A stretch of DNA of 46,863 nt from Amoeboaphelidium protococcarum X5 (Eukaryota > Fungi > Aphelidiomycota): positions 1 through 46,863 of the forward strand of contig JALDTO010000083.1 in assembly GCA_023515725.1 (NCBI GenBank), written 5' to 3'. This document shows, piece by piece, positions 26,043 through 38,335 of this stretch. The notes beneath the pieces were generated by a model. The model was not told where the DNA came from. It searched no databases and saw nothing but the letters and a program-made list of their open reading frames with translations. The stretch's first letter is position 1, and every line of letters starts with the position of its first letter. Position numbers and translations under genes: made by a program.

Positions 26043-27803
26043 TCACAGCATAATAAAATATTCAATCTATTGTGCAACTTTGAGTCCCACAGAAGATAGC
26101 CATAGTTGTAGTTGATCTACTTAGTCTGAGGTTAATCGCAACTTAGCCATAATTTCAACATCAGATTTCCCAACTATCAGCTCCCAAGAAATACGAAAGC
26201 GACTTCTATTAAATATAAGAGATAAAGGAATGGCATTAAATGCGGCATTCAGAGGATATTTACCAGTTGAAGACTAAGAGTATTTAAATCTTCCGGCATC
26301 AATACGCTCAAGTGGGTCAAGAACATCAGAACGCGTCGAGTTACCCAGCATACCAGCACCACACTCTTCATCAAGAATTTTCCGCACACGATCATCAAAA
26401 GTCACCCATTATAGAGTGTGAGGACATAAAAGTTCGCATGGTTAGAACTGGGCTTTATAGTTCATTTTACTACAGTTATGAATATAAAATCCAAGATAAT
26501 AATACTTGAATTGAGCCTCAATAACCGCCTCTTATTACAGCAAAAAGATCTCCAATAAACCACTTAAAACTCCAAGTGAATACTTCTTCATCAGCACATC
26601 ATAAAAGAAATAGACCGATGACAATCCAGTCGGCAAGATATCAACCACAGATACAGCAATAAGCTCTGGAGTAGAATCTTTATCAATATCCGCCAATTCA
26701 TATCTCAAATGAAAAGTACCGCGTAATTAATGCAGCTAATTACTCTTATTCTCACCTACATATTTATAATTTGGCTTAAAATACTTTCCACAAGTACTCT
26801 GCTCAAAACAGACATCAATGACTATAGTGTTATCCTCTGCATCATTCAACCCAGAATCACAAAGGAAACTTTCATATGATTAACGCTTCAATCTATGAGG
26901 AGGATCATGGTGAACTTTTTGCTGATACTTGGTCCACAATTCATATTCATCTTATTTAAATGTAGCTTTACCAAATGTTAATCGAAGTTTCTTTACCAAA
27001 ATAGTTGGCGGCTATTTATCAGGCTTGGTCTTGCGAGAACTCTCAGCTACTTTATAAGAAGGATCACGAATAAGAATAGCGCCTTACTTTGATGTTGTAA
27101 TTTTAATATTATTTTTACTGGTGGAACTACCCATAGCATTATACATAAGTTTAACTAAATCCTCAGCAATATCCACCACTGATGGACAATCACCAACAGA
27201 TTCCCTCTTCAACATTCCATACACTCTGACCGGTAAATCGGAGTGTAGATTATACTCAGACTCTTTATCTTTATTATTCTATATAGATACTGGAATATTG
27301 ACAACTTTAGCGAAGTTTATAGATTCCGAATATTATGATAATGCATTCTACAACGTGCTAATGAGAGGAGATTCAACTTCTTACTAACCGAATGATTCCA
27401 CCCGGTCCTGTTATATATCAGCGCTTTTATATAATGCATTATTTACAAACTTTCTAATAACTCTTTGATGCTCCTTCACTATATTAATCACTTTAGCATC
27501 CTAATTGTGAAGATCCAAGTTAAACCTCTAACAATCTAAACGAATTGCCAATTAAGGACAACAGGCCTTTTAATTAGAGTCTGGCATAACACTAAATGGA
27601 CGATAGAAGTACGTTCCAGATCGACGCCAGTTCCTGTTCATCATCTCCAAGTACAAATCACTCGATACGCCATTCATAAACTCTGCTCCATAAGACACAC
27701 GAAATCCACCAACGTTCTACTTTCCATCAGAGTTCTTACAATACCCACACGAACCATTCTCTTACAATTAGTGATAATACAATTACGGCTTCATACGCTC
27801 CAT
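26043..27803 (-). CDS. ATE1: Arginyl-tRNA--protein transferase (586 aa)
   Basis: ATE_[91 protein letters not shown]. Confidence 0.95.
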
Positions 27804-28097
27804 TCTGATTGTTGATACACTTGAGAAAATAATAATCACTAATACCGAACAATGCAATGTGCTGTAACAATACTGTACTGCAGTTGTAACAATGAAAGAC
27901 GATGAGAAAATTAGGAAAAGCCTTTCCGGGAAGAACGCGCGCCTTACGAGAAAAATTTGAAAACTGTTTCAATCAATCACGCTGCGAGCGCGTTCGATCA
28001 AAATCAAAAATAACTCCAACCGAAGACTAACCGAAGATCAAAAGAATCCACATCGCCCAATCTTTTCTTGCGATTCCTCAGTAAATATACACACAAA

Positions 28098-28572
28098 ATG
28101 GTAAGTTTAATATTTAATTTGAATAAATACTCATTTATACTCTATTGATTAAAGATTTAAATTACATAAAATGTAGGCTGATACAACGACCGCTACGATT
28201 CGTACACGCAAGTTCTTGACCAACAGACTTCTGTAAAGAAAATAGATGATTGTGGATGTGCTGCATCCCACTCTGCCAAATTTGAGCAAGCAGCAGGTGA
28301 GAGAGAAGCTGGCAAAGATGTACAAATGTGATGTTGAGTCAATCTTTGTCTTTGGATTCCGCACTGCATTCGGTGGTGGAAAGTCGACCGGATTCGCTCT
28401 GATCTATGACTCTCTCGACGCTGCCAAGAAATTTGAGCCAACCTTCCGTCTGGCGCGTCAAGGTGTTGTCACCGTGGAGAAGGGCTCTCGCAAGCAGCGT
28501 AAGGAGAGAAAGAACCGTGACAAGAAGATTCGCGGTACCAAGAAGAGCAAGGCTGCTGCACCAAAGAAGTGA
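28098..28572 (+). CDS. RPS24: 40S ribosomal protein eS24; intron 28101-28176 directly after the ATG
   Basis: [25 protein letters not shown] (Gln from TAA 28234 and TAG 28243), [20 protein letters not shown] and [10 protein letters not shown]. Confidence 0.98.
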
Positions 28573-28839
28573 TCATTATATAATACATATTGTCTTCTCC
28601 CTATATCATTTGATAAATTATGATTATCTTTGATTTTAATTTTACGTGAGTTATTTCAGTTTACAGTGATACGCTAGACTAAACAGTCTTAATCTTGGCG
28701 TTTCTTTTCAATCTGTTATCAATGCTCAGTAAAAGCTGAGCTGTTAGTTTGCCTTTAAACTATTCACTTTTAATTTCGCTTAATTGTCAGTGTTGATAAA
28801 TAATATTGGACAGTAATTGGAGGGGAAATTGTTATAAGT

Positions 28840-30216
28840 ATGAACGATAGATGGAAGTTTGGATTATCTGTTATTGGATGGTATTGCATGTCGACCACAC
28901 TCTCTGCATATAACAAGTATCTATTCACTAAATCGGAGACTGAGAACCATTCTGGCTGGACAGTGTACCCAATTGCATCCACCTCATATTAAATGCTTGT
29001 TTAATTTGTAATCATAGCATGTTATATAATATTGAGTAATCTGCGATCTGATCAAGTTTGGGAGCATCTCAAAATTCCAGAGCTATCCGTGTATTGCGCC
29101 TTGGTCATACCGACTGCCCTGTCCACATCCCTGGATATTGGACTATCCAACCTGTCGCTCTCATATGTCTCTCTGTCCACGTACACCGTGATAAAGTCTA
29201 CTGCTCCTCTATTCGTTCTACTATCCGCAGTGGTTATAGGTGTCGAGAACATACAAAGATCTCCACATAGATTTGATTTTAGCAGGATATCGTGGAGGTG
29301 GTTGCGGAGAACGTTGACATTTCTTTTTGACTTTTGGACGTATGGTGTTGTTATCCTGGGTGTCATTATAGGTATATATTGTCTGGCTATGGACAAGGAG
29401 AGTCATCGATCGCATCCCTCATTGTCAAATAACTCGACATTATCGACTGGCAATGGTACTCTGAGTGAACAAGTTGCTAGCAGTGAACGTAAAGCATTCG
29501 CATATTTCTTTGGCATGATATTAGTACTAATTGCATCTTTTATGAGTGGTATACGGTGGGCTTTAACTTAGAAATTATTGTAGAATCTAGATTTAGACTC
29601 TAAAAGTCATTATAGTAGAATCAACACGATAACTTAGAATCTGTTCACTGGTTCAGATGGCGCGCTAGACTTGGGCGATGAAGAGTCGGAGGAGTTGATG
29701 AAAACCCCAGCCTAAAGTTCTAATAGAAGCGGCGATGAATATAATGCATAGAGATAACCGTAATCATAGTAGTCGTAATTGTAGTAAAGTTCTAATAATG
29801 CAAAAGACAGGTAGCGAATTAAGATGTATCTGATATATTTATTGACGCCGTTGATGTGCGTTGCGCTGATCTTTCTATCACTGATGATCGAGAAACCATT
29901 TGCAGACGCGTCTTCAACATCCCCACACGTCAACCATCTACCTGCAAGTTCTGGCACATTACTATCCCTGCTGTATCTCTCTATTCCTGCTCCTCTGGCG
30001 ATTATGACTGTGTTTCTAGAGTTCACCGTGCTCTCACTCTCGTCACCGTTCCAGCTGTCACTGATGGGCATGGTTAAGGAGTGTTTCGGCGTCCTCTGTG
30101 GCCTCTTGATCTTTAGAGATGTCATTGGAGTAGTCGGGTGGATCGGTATATGTTTTGTACTGCTGAGTGTCTGGCTTCATCACTTTTTGCACCATTACTA
30201 TGGGTCTCAAAGATGA
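28840..30216 (+). CDS. Triose-phosphate/nucleotide-sugar transporter family protein (SLC35C2/Ymd8-like, 458 aa)
   Basis: WYCMSTTLSAYNKYLF, LSTSLDIGLSNLSLSYVSLSTYTVIKSTAPLFVL, ASFMSGIRWALTQ and LSLMGMVKE. Multiple TM segments. Confidence 0.88.
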
Positions 30217-30795
30217 GCATTATTACGTTATAATTAATTACTGTTAATATAAATGTCAATCAATTGCATAATATTTGATTGTTCCAGTGACATCATTGAG
30301 AGCCATCTTTCTGGCTGCTAGTTAGTTGCACGGAATTGTGGCGCGCCAATCTGAAACCGTAAAACTGTGCGAGGACATTTAAAACAACGCCACCTTTACC
30401 ATTAGGAGTTAAAAGGGGCTTTATCGTTAAAAGAAAAAGTCATTTGACTCGTTTCAGAATAGATCTAAAACGTTAGTACTACCCGTTGAAATCCCTCCTT
30501 TCCTAAAACAGATAAAACAGAATTCTGTTTCAGAGCCGGCCATCAATTTCTGTCAATCTCTCCAGTGAGTGACGAAAGTTCTCTTTATTTGTTTCTGGTT
30601 TCTGTTTGAACATTTTTGCGTTACTTATTTACTGTACTGTCTAGGTAGTGGAATCATTTATCATAAATCAATTATTATCTATCTGTTATTTACAGATTGA
30701 TACTTATAATCTGGTTTATACTTGCTGGTTCATATTCTTTGTTTGTTGACAATTTATCATCATCCTTACTCTCTTGGTATAAGTAAAAATATAAA

Positions 30796-33009
30796 ATGGA
30801 AGGCATCACTTAGAGAGTTAGAAACTTTCTCTCTCCTCGATAATCTGCTCCTGATGGGCTGTCTTTGAGTTCTTCTGATGGAGGTGGACCTTCTTCGTAT
30901 CAATAATAGTAATAGTAGCAATTTGCTGGATTCTAACCGAATTAATCTGCTAATATCGTCCTATCAGATCATAGATTGTCTGTTTAGAGGAGTAATAGTG
31001 CTCAAACGAATAACGCTTCAAGTCCTAGTGCACAGAATTCAACTTTAGGCCATAATCATACTAGTCATCATAATAATCATCCAAGATCTAATAGATCTTC
31101 AAGGCCAAGACCGACTGGTTCTAGTAATCGGCACTCGATTGGTGGTGGTGGTGGATAAGGTGCAAGTGCTTCTCCGATATCCAGATTTTTTAATGGACTC
31201 GCCGTTGTTACAGGCAGTGGCGGTGGTAGTAATCTGAGCAGTAGTGGCGAGTCTACTAGCAACGTGTTTGATAATAGACCTCCAGATGCGGCTTTCAATA
31301 ATATCAACACAGATATTGTTGTTGATGAAAGTCTTCGTTTTAATCCAGAATAGACAGTCAGGATAAGATTAACTCCTTATAATCCGTACTTTCCCGTAAT
31401 TGAGAAAGACATTTATCCTAATGCAACTGTTCCTATTGGTCGTTATCAGAGACATGCAGACCCTGAGGATCCGTACCATGAAGGAATATACTTTAGATCG
31501 ACGGTGGTGAGTCGGAAACATGCTCAACTCATACTCAAGGATGGTCAGCTGTTTGTAAAAGATATTAAATCGCTTGGTGGATCATTTATCAATTCTGTGC
31601 GTCTCAGTCCTGCTGGTAAAGAGAGCACCTGGGCGCGCCTTAATCTTCTGGGTGGGGATGTTTTGTAATTTGGCGTTGATTATCGTGCAGATTCAACCAC
31701 TGGCCAAGTGCGGAATAAAGATCGTTGTGTGGAACTTCGAGTAGAAATTTTGACTTCCCTTCCAGGTTAGTAGAGTGGGGGTAAAGGGTAATAAATTACT
31801 AGTCCTCTAAAGCCTAAAAAGTGGGTCCCAGCCAATCATTAACACACCGAATGCTGTATCTGCTTGTCTAGACTGTATTAACAGCAGGCTCTCTTCATCG
31901 CGCCTTGCTAGCATACATTCCACTACAGATGTATTGCTCCATTGCTTCATTAGAGAAGTGGCGGGCTGTTCTCCTGTCCCCTGTGCAGATAAGAGAATGA
32001 TTTGGTTGGTGGATTTTTTGAAGCTGATGATGACGATGATTCCGACTCTGATGATGACAATTAGCAATTGTAGAGAAATTTCGATTAGTAGTAGTAGCCG
32101 AATGGCAATAATTCAAATGGAGGGGTGTAATCTAATTAAAGTGGAGATAATGGAGATTTGCAGCATGATTCAAGTCAGGATGGTGATGACTATGAAGAAG
32201 AGAATTATGAGACCAGGAATGTAGGCGGTTTACCAGTTATATCGTCCACTACCGCTGACAAGTAAAAGATGCCTGTCTATACCGCCTCAAGTAGTTATTA
32301 TAATTCTATAGAATAGCAGCAATTGCGGGAGTAGGTGTAATTGAAGCAGATTATTGATGGTCAATAATAGCCACCGCCATCTACCAATGCCATTAGGGAT
32401 CGGTTTAGTAATTTTAATTAAAGCGCTCAGAGTCAGTCTTATTAAGCCGTTGCTAAAGTGGACAATGATGCATCCTTTGACATTCATAATGGTGACAAGT
32501 TTTATAATGCCACGGATGATGTAGCTGATTAGGATGACGATCCTAATAAACTACAGATTTACAGCAGTAGAGTCTCTTCGTTGCCTGGTGGTAATTAGAA
32601 AGTTCAAAATTAATCTGCAATTGGTGGATCATTGGCTTCTACATCTCAAGTTATGGCCGACAATAGTAATAGCACTGCCTCTCCATCTACCATGACCGGC
32701 GGTGTCATAACTATAGATGATGGCAATGATGTCTGGGAAGTCCATGGCCGAGAGGCAAGACGTGTGAGCTCAAGCACAGCCAAAAGTGAACTCGGTAAAG
32801 TGGTAGATAATAATAATAATGACAGCTTTAATGGCTAAAAGTTGAGCACGTTGTAGGAGAACAATGTCAATATTAGCCGAATTGCACAGCGGAATGATGA
32901 AGACTAAACTGTGGTGGCAGATAATTCTAAAACTGATTAATAGAATGTCAACAATCCGGGAGAGACGACCATCTTTGAGCTGTACTCTTCATAAAATGTT
33001 TTGAATTGA
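30796..33009 (+). CDS. DMA1: FHA-RING E3 ubiquitin ligase, Dma1/Dma2 family (737 aa)
   Basis: FHA: IGRY, FRSTVVSRKHAQL, KDIKSLGGSFINSVRLSPAGKES, GDVLQFGVDY. RING-H2: ECCICL...LFIAPCQHTFHYRCI...FSCPLCR. Long Q/S/N/D-rich tails. Confidence 0.92.
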
Positions 33010-33162
33010 TGGACCCATTTTGGATAATAATTATATTGATGAAGATAATTGTTAAAGTGTTTGTATTGTGAATTACAACATGACCCTGTATAGATATTGA
33101 TTCTACTATTGTATTTCACACAATTTGGTCATGATTTCCCTTAGATATATAATCACTGATTC

Positions 33163-34617
33163 TCAATTGGCATCAGCAAATCGCAGATAATACAAGGCTC
33201 CATTTTAGTTATCGAAAAACAGTACAGATTTGTGATTTTAAACCATCTTTAAATTGGTCAACTCGGTGCGTAAACTTTAAAGCTTCTACCGGAATGGATA
33301 CTTGAATAAATCAATCTAGCATCTGGCTTGTACGTACACTACCAATTAGATTTCCGACTTTGATGATGACCTTTATATGAAGCCAATCTGAGCATCACGG
33401 TATCCTTTGATCATTTACACGATCAGATTCAACTTCACATCATAAATCAGAATCCTACCCATGGTGTCATTCATGGCTATAAACCGACAATCCGCGCTTT
33501 AAATAGCGTATTGAATACTTCGTCCATCATGACCATCCAGCACAAATTCTGACTATAACAATTTAACAGAATAGCGTTATGCACCGGACGCGCCAGTCTA
33601 ATCTAATCTATTGTTATTGATTTTATTACTAATAACACCGCCTGATGATGATGATAATCTATTCATACCCAAACTACCACCAACGCCAACAAGAGATGAA
33701 GAAAACCTCCCGAATATGCCAGATACGGCATTGGTGACCATACTCTGCACTCTGTCAACAGAGAGTGATTCTGACTACACCGCAGTTGAGCAATTGATCA
33801 TTGGTCCACTGCCCATTGAGATATACTTTTACCTCTTTTGAGTTGAACTTGAATCGTCGTGTTGATTCCCATAATAATAATCTTGTAGAGAAGACTAGGT
33901 GGAGGCATGAATCTTGACTATAGCGCTCTCATTCAACAACTGCGATTTACTATTATTACCATCTTAATCTGAATATTAATCACAAAACACTGAACTAGTA
34001 ATTTATTGAGGGAATTTATACCGACTACAAACAGATGATGACAAATTTGAAATATCATCAATTACGCATATAGAACCACTCTGAAATTTAACCAAAATCT
34101 ACTTCTTGATCATCATTATATCTATCCTCTTTACCGGCGCAGTGTGAATTTGTATAGAATCAATCATTTCACCCTTCCTCTTTGAACCATTATTAGAGTT
34201 ATTATTTATATGATCTTCATCACTATCAATAAAGAATGTTCTTATATATCCATTATTATAACCAGCTATGAGAATTCCAGATTTATAAAGTTTGATCGCA
34301 GTAATCAATTCATCTTCATTTTATATGCCATTAATCCTGACCAATAACTTGACCATTGCAGATGATGATCGTTCCATCGACGACGTCTATTCAATATTAA
34401 ACACATACAGCGTGGACACAATCCCTATGGCTATAGTACACTCATTGATAATATCTACCAGCATCTCATTATTAGTTGATTACAATGGTTAATTCGACTG
34501 CTATCCATTTGTTGATAATGATGATTAGACGCTATCCTAAAATGCAGCCATTTACTCTGACAGAATCAGGTTATATATAGACTTTGGTATTCTGCAGCAT
34601 TCATCAAGACTAATCAT
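33163..34617 (-). CDS. RAB3GAP2: Rab3 GAP non-catalytic subunit, N-terminal domain only (484 aa)
   Basis: LIAGYNNGYIR, QIHTAPVKRI, DTMGRILIYD...MIKGYRDAQIGF (family signature KGYRDAQ) and LVVYVQAR. 1455 nt open. Confidence 0.8.
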
Positions 34618-34714
34618 ATTCCTCTAATCATAAATTTTTAAATTTTAAGTATTAAACCAAAATGTGATATATTTGGTCTGTTGGCTTCGAACTTACTCGT
34701 GTTGTTTTAACTTG

Positions 34715-35022
34715 ATGAAGAAAGCGCAATTTAACAGGTCGGAACGAATAGTTTCAACTGAAGAGCGTCCAGGCGAGAATGTAAGTGAGAGCAAAGGAGT
34801 GAGAGAGCTTGGACTTAATGAGATTCTTATAGGATGATGCCTAGTAGATTCAAGAGAAATTAAAGAAATGGAAGATACACAGTGTCGCGAAAATTTAGTT
34901 CAATAAGCGCAAGGAGTAAGAAATTGTTGGACTCATAACTCGAAATTGTTCTTACAGATTTAAAGCCTGAGAATATACTGCTCTATAGTGCATTATCTAT
35001 AAAGAGGCTGATAAGATTGTGA
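34715..35022 (+). pseudogene. Possible protein kinase gene remnant
   Basis: IVLTDLKPENILL, with DLKPENILL at 34957-34983, in a short frame closed by TGA. No DFG or APE motif follows. Nearby GTAAG...AG intron-like segments do not yield a coherent long ORF. Confidence 0.3.
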
Positions 35023-35178
35023 ACTCGATAAAGGATCCAGTTATACTTAAAATGCTAACTGACCTCGCGGAGCTTCTGCGCCGAAAGGCTAATACACTTC
35101 ATCTTAAAGTTTCAAAGGTAAACATTTAGCTACGCTCCATCGGATATCAAATTCAACACCAATAGGATTCAGCTATTT

Positions 35179-35760
35179 TCATGGCTTGAACACAACAATT
35201 TCAACGCCAGCATTAGCCCACTGCTGATCAATCGTACAAATATATGACCCGGATTTCAATGATCTCAATACAGGATAATCGATAGGAGGATCTTGAATAC
35301 GATTCATCAGACTGGACAGTGCGAGTTTGGCATTAGGAATACGCGTAAATATTGGAGGAGCAGGCAATGGACGGCCAATTTGAGGATTGTTTCCATTCTC
35401 GAAATCTTGAGCTTGTAGTCCAGCATAGTGATTAACAATTGAGCGAGCCTCACACTGAATATCATGGGCCAAATGGTCAGGAGGAACCAAAGCAGAATTA
35501 ACCAAGTTGGGTCCTGGGCCAAAATTAGCACCGACGCGCAAATCTTTGTCAATACCACTCGCCCATAGTTCATAAGTCACCCAGGCCGTGTCTTTAAAAG
35601 TAATTCCTGTGACTGAGTACAACTCTTCTCCCTCCAACTTGTTTACAGTGGCTCCACTTGCTGACATTTCATTAATAACATCGAGTGGAATCCGTGCGCC
35701 CTTCACCTGTTTCTTTTTGCTGACAGCCAACGGTTTCAATACGTGTTCGAGTGAACTCAT
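35179..35760 (-). CDS. Orphan hypothetical protein (193 aa)
   Basis: ATG to TGA ORF, open even in the standard code, with protein-like high-complexity composition. Family not recognised. Confidence 0.75.
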   Translation of the reverse strand: MSSLEHVLKPLAVSKKKQVKGARIPLDVINEMSASGATVNKLEGEELYSVTGITFKDTAWVTYELWASGIDKDLRVGANFGPGPNLVNSALVPPDHLAHDIQCEARSIVNHYAGLQAQDFENGNNPQIGRPLPAPPIFTRIPNAKLALSSLMNRIQDPPIDYPVLRSLKSGSYICTIDQQWANAGVEIVVFKP

Positions 35761-36082
35761 ACAATAGATTGATTAAATGACACGATCGGCCGCTTTGTTG
35801 AATTTTGAATGAATGTAATAGAAAGGGGATGATGAACTTATCGGGCAAATTACAGTACATTGTAGCCCATAATGTTAAACTTTACAAGGTGCGAATGTTG
35901 TTCTGGAATTAGTGAGCACTAATTTCATGAGCTTTCCTTTAATATATGAATGTTTAACGCGTGACGTTTCAGCTTTGGCCTAGTTACTGAGTAGGTGGAT
36001 CATTTTAGGTTTAGTACCAAACAAACAATATTACTGTACTTCTGCGATCTATTTACCGATTAATCAATGTGCAATATTTAAT

Positions 36083-36688
36083 TCAAGCATGATGTTACTT
36101 AATGTGCTACTCCTCGATACCATCTTCAACTGAATATCTTCCTCCGGACAACGTAACTACTCCGAATCCCCAGTCAATCACCATCTTGCGAGTTCCTTAG
36201 CAAATACTGGACCACCGACATAAGCTTTGACCGGAGTGTCAAACTACGCATGAAACATCTTTCTGGTCCGTTCGACCTAGTCAAAATCCACAGCCCTGAC
36301 TTATGACTTGGCCTCGACGATAACGACGCGTCCTGGCACCAAGATGAAGCCGTCAGTCTCGGCCCAAAATCTTTGCGACTTATCATCAGGGTTTACGTGC
36401 TTAATCTTGTAATTCAAAGGACGATTTACAGGTGCATCATCTGATAAATTGATCTAGCATCTAATAAATTTCTTTCCACTCTCAGCCAAATGTTTCTCAA
36501 CAGCATGCGTCACCTCCTCTTCATTTGACTTGGCAATACCCCCAGAAAAGCCAATACATTCTTGTTTATATTTACGCAATTCTCTTGTCAAAACGGTCAA
36601 TGGCTGCAGGAATATCAGGATTATTATCAAATTAGATCAATCTACCAGCAGGCGGGAGGAAGATACAGGACAACACACGGCGAAACAT
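36083..36688 (-). pseudogene. Frameshifted PD-(D/E)XK (restriction-endonuclease fold) nuclease
   Basis: SNEEEV (helix 1 E)...WAETDGFILVPGRVVIVEAKSQVRAVDFDQV...VKAYVGGPVF...[frameshift ~36183]...WGFGVVTLSGGRYSV. The D...EAK...Q catalytic pattern is intact. A second frameshift lies near 36570. Confidence 0.7.
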
Positions 36689-37157
36689 AGATACAGTAGT
36701 ATCTAAATCAGGCGAGATAGTTTTTTGGTAATGATGATCAAAGCTGGACACTCTAACCGATGACATGGACGGATTTAGTTTCAAACTTACCAACATAGAT
36801 GGGTCATATAAATGGACTGTAAGGTCAATGCAAACCATGGAGTAATCATACTTGGATATGACTTGTAATACTTTACTTGCTGTGTAGAGTCATTAAACAC
36901 AGATTTGTCCAAAGATTGAAATTAATCATTCGACCCAATTAGTGATCAAATGATTGTAAGAGCCAATAGAAGTATCTAACGTCATGTAAGGCTTCATATC
37001 ATTCTTTTTCCACAAACAGCAGTTTTATTTTGCCTACAGCCAAGAAAGAAGTTTGCATTGTTTACCTCAGCAGACTCTTCCTCTCCCAAATCAGTAATTA
37101 CTTCATCACGACCTTCTGCTACAGCATATTGAGTTTTCTTAATGTCCCACCTATCTA

Positions 37158-37181
37158 CCATCTGCTCAAAAAAGCTTCGTT
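37158..37181 (+). repeat. Left TIR of the Tc1 element
   Basis: CCATCTGCTCAAAAAAGCTTCGTT, preceded by TA. Confidence 0.93.
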
Positions 37182-37199
37182 ATCGACGAAAACGCCCAA

Positions 37200-38244
37200 T
37201 CAAATTGCAAATTTTATTACGCTCAGTAACCAGCACTCCTTTTTCGCAATACAGATTTCCAAATGCTTATTAACACTTTCACATAATTTTTTCGCCAGGT
37301 CGAGCTACTAATTGTTCCAAATGTCAAAAACTTGCTCAATTAGGTCCTCTTTGGTCTTTGGCAAACCACATTTTTGCGTCTAATCTTCACAACGTGCCAT
37401 AGATTCTCAATGGGATTGAGATCCGGCGATTATGCGGGCCAGGGAATCGTATCTATCCCCTATTTATTAAAAAACGTGGTTGTCTCCAGTGACGTGTGAC
37501 ACGGTGCGTTGTCCTGCATAAAGTCCATCTCTTGATCGATTTAAGCCTAAAAAGCCCCCTTGCATGGTAGTAGATGTTCCTTGATAGTCTTAATGTATTT
37601 CTTAGGGTCCACAGTGCCATCTATCACCACCAAGGGACCAAATTCGAAGTAGGAGGAACAGCCCTAAAACATGACCGAAAATCCGCCCATTTGAAACTTG
37701 ATATTTTTGGACTCAGATGCTTCTATTTTCGATCCTCTAGTCCAAATAAGCATATCCTAGTTATTAGGAGCTTTTCTTACCGTTGTCTCATCGCTCCAGA
37801 TCACCAGCCACCAACGCCAGTTTTCATTTTAGTGAATTTCTTGAGCAAAACTCAACCTCTTTTTAATATTAGCATTGCTAATGAACTTCCGTTGCACCAC
37901 CTTGCGATTAGAGAAGTCCATTTCCTTTATCATGTTGTAACTAGTAGTGGGGGATGGCACTTGGTAATGGGGACTTCCGTTCAAAACTAGCAGTCCGTGG
38001 ACATCTCTGTAACTTAAATCCGGCTTGTCAAGCAATATCGACTTGATATCTTTTAACAAGGGCCCCTCAGTTGGGCGTTTTTTGATAATAGGCTTCTCCC
38101 CAAGCTCGGCGTTTTCACCCGGTTGTTCCATAACACTCGCACTGCGTCTGCAGATTTCTCCAGAAGAACACCAATCTTGGCCCAGCCTAACTTTAAATTT
38201 AAAGCTCTCTCGATTATACCTATTCACTACTCACTATAAGTCAT
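37200..38244 (-). pseudogene. Tc1-family DD34E transposase with lesions
   Basis: KKRLSFAQE, IWSDE, FMQDNAPCH and WPAQSPDLNPIENLW, with 34 residues between the second D and E. Frameshifts just after the ATG (38244) and near 37370. The conserved Trp of VM.WGC is TAG (37664-37666). Confidence 0.9.
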
Positions 38245-38311
38245 AAAATACGAAATATTTTGATAAAAGAAGTGAATTTTATTAGAACTTACGTCGTCGC
38301 TTTGTTTCTGA

Positions 38312-38335
38312 AACGAAGCTTTTTTTAGCAGATGG
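38312..38335 (-). repeat. Right TIR of the Tc1 element
   Basis: Reverse complement reads CCATCTGCTAAAAAAAGCTTCGTT; followed by TA on the plus strand. Confidence 0.93.

Larger units (their letters stand above)
37158..38335 (-). mobile_element. Tc1/mariner (DD34E) DNA transposon, 1178 bp, with TIRs and TA target duplication
   Basis: 24-bp terminal inverted repeats (23/24 identical), TA at 37156-37157 and 38336-38337, and an internal DD34E transposase. Confidence 0.95.

Noticed and set aside
30240-30790. ncRNA or small gene in the 580-bp gap before DMA1
   Set aside because: No tRNA or snRNA structure and no credible ORF; consistent with promoter and 5' UTR.
37664-37666. TAG decoded as Trp
   Set aside because: A single site in a decayed transposase; every other informative TAG aligns to Gln.
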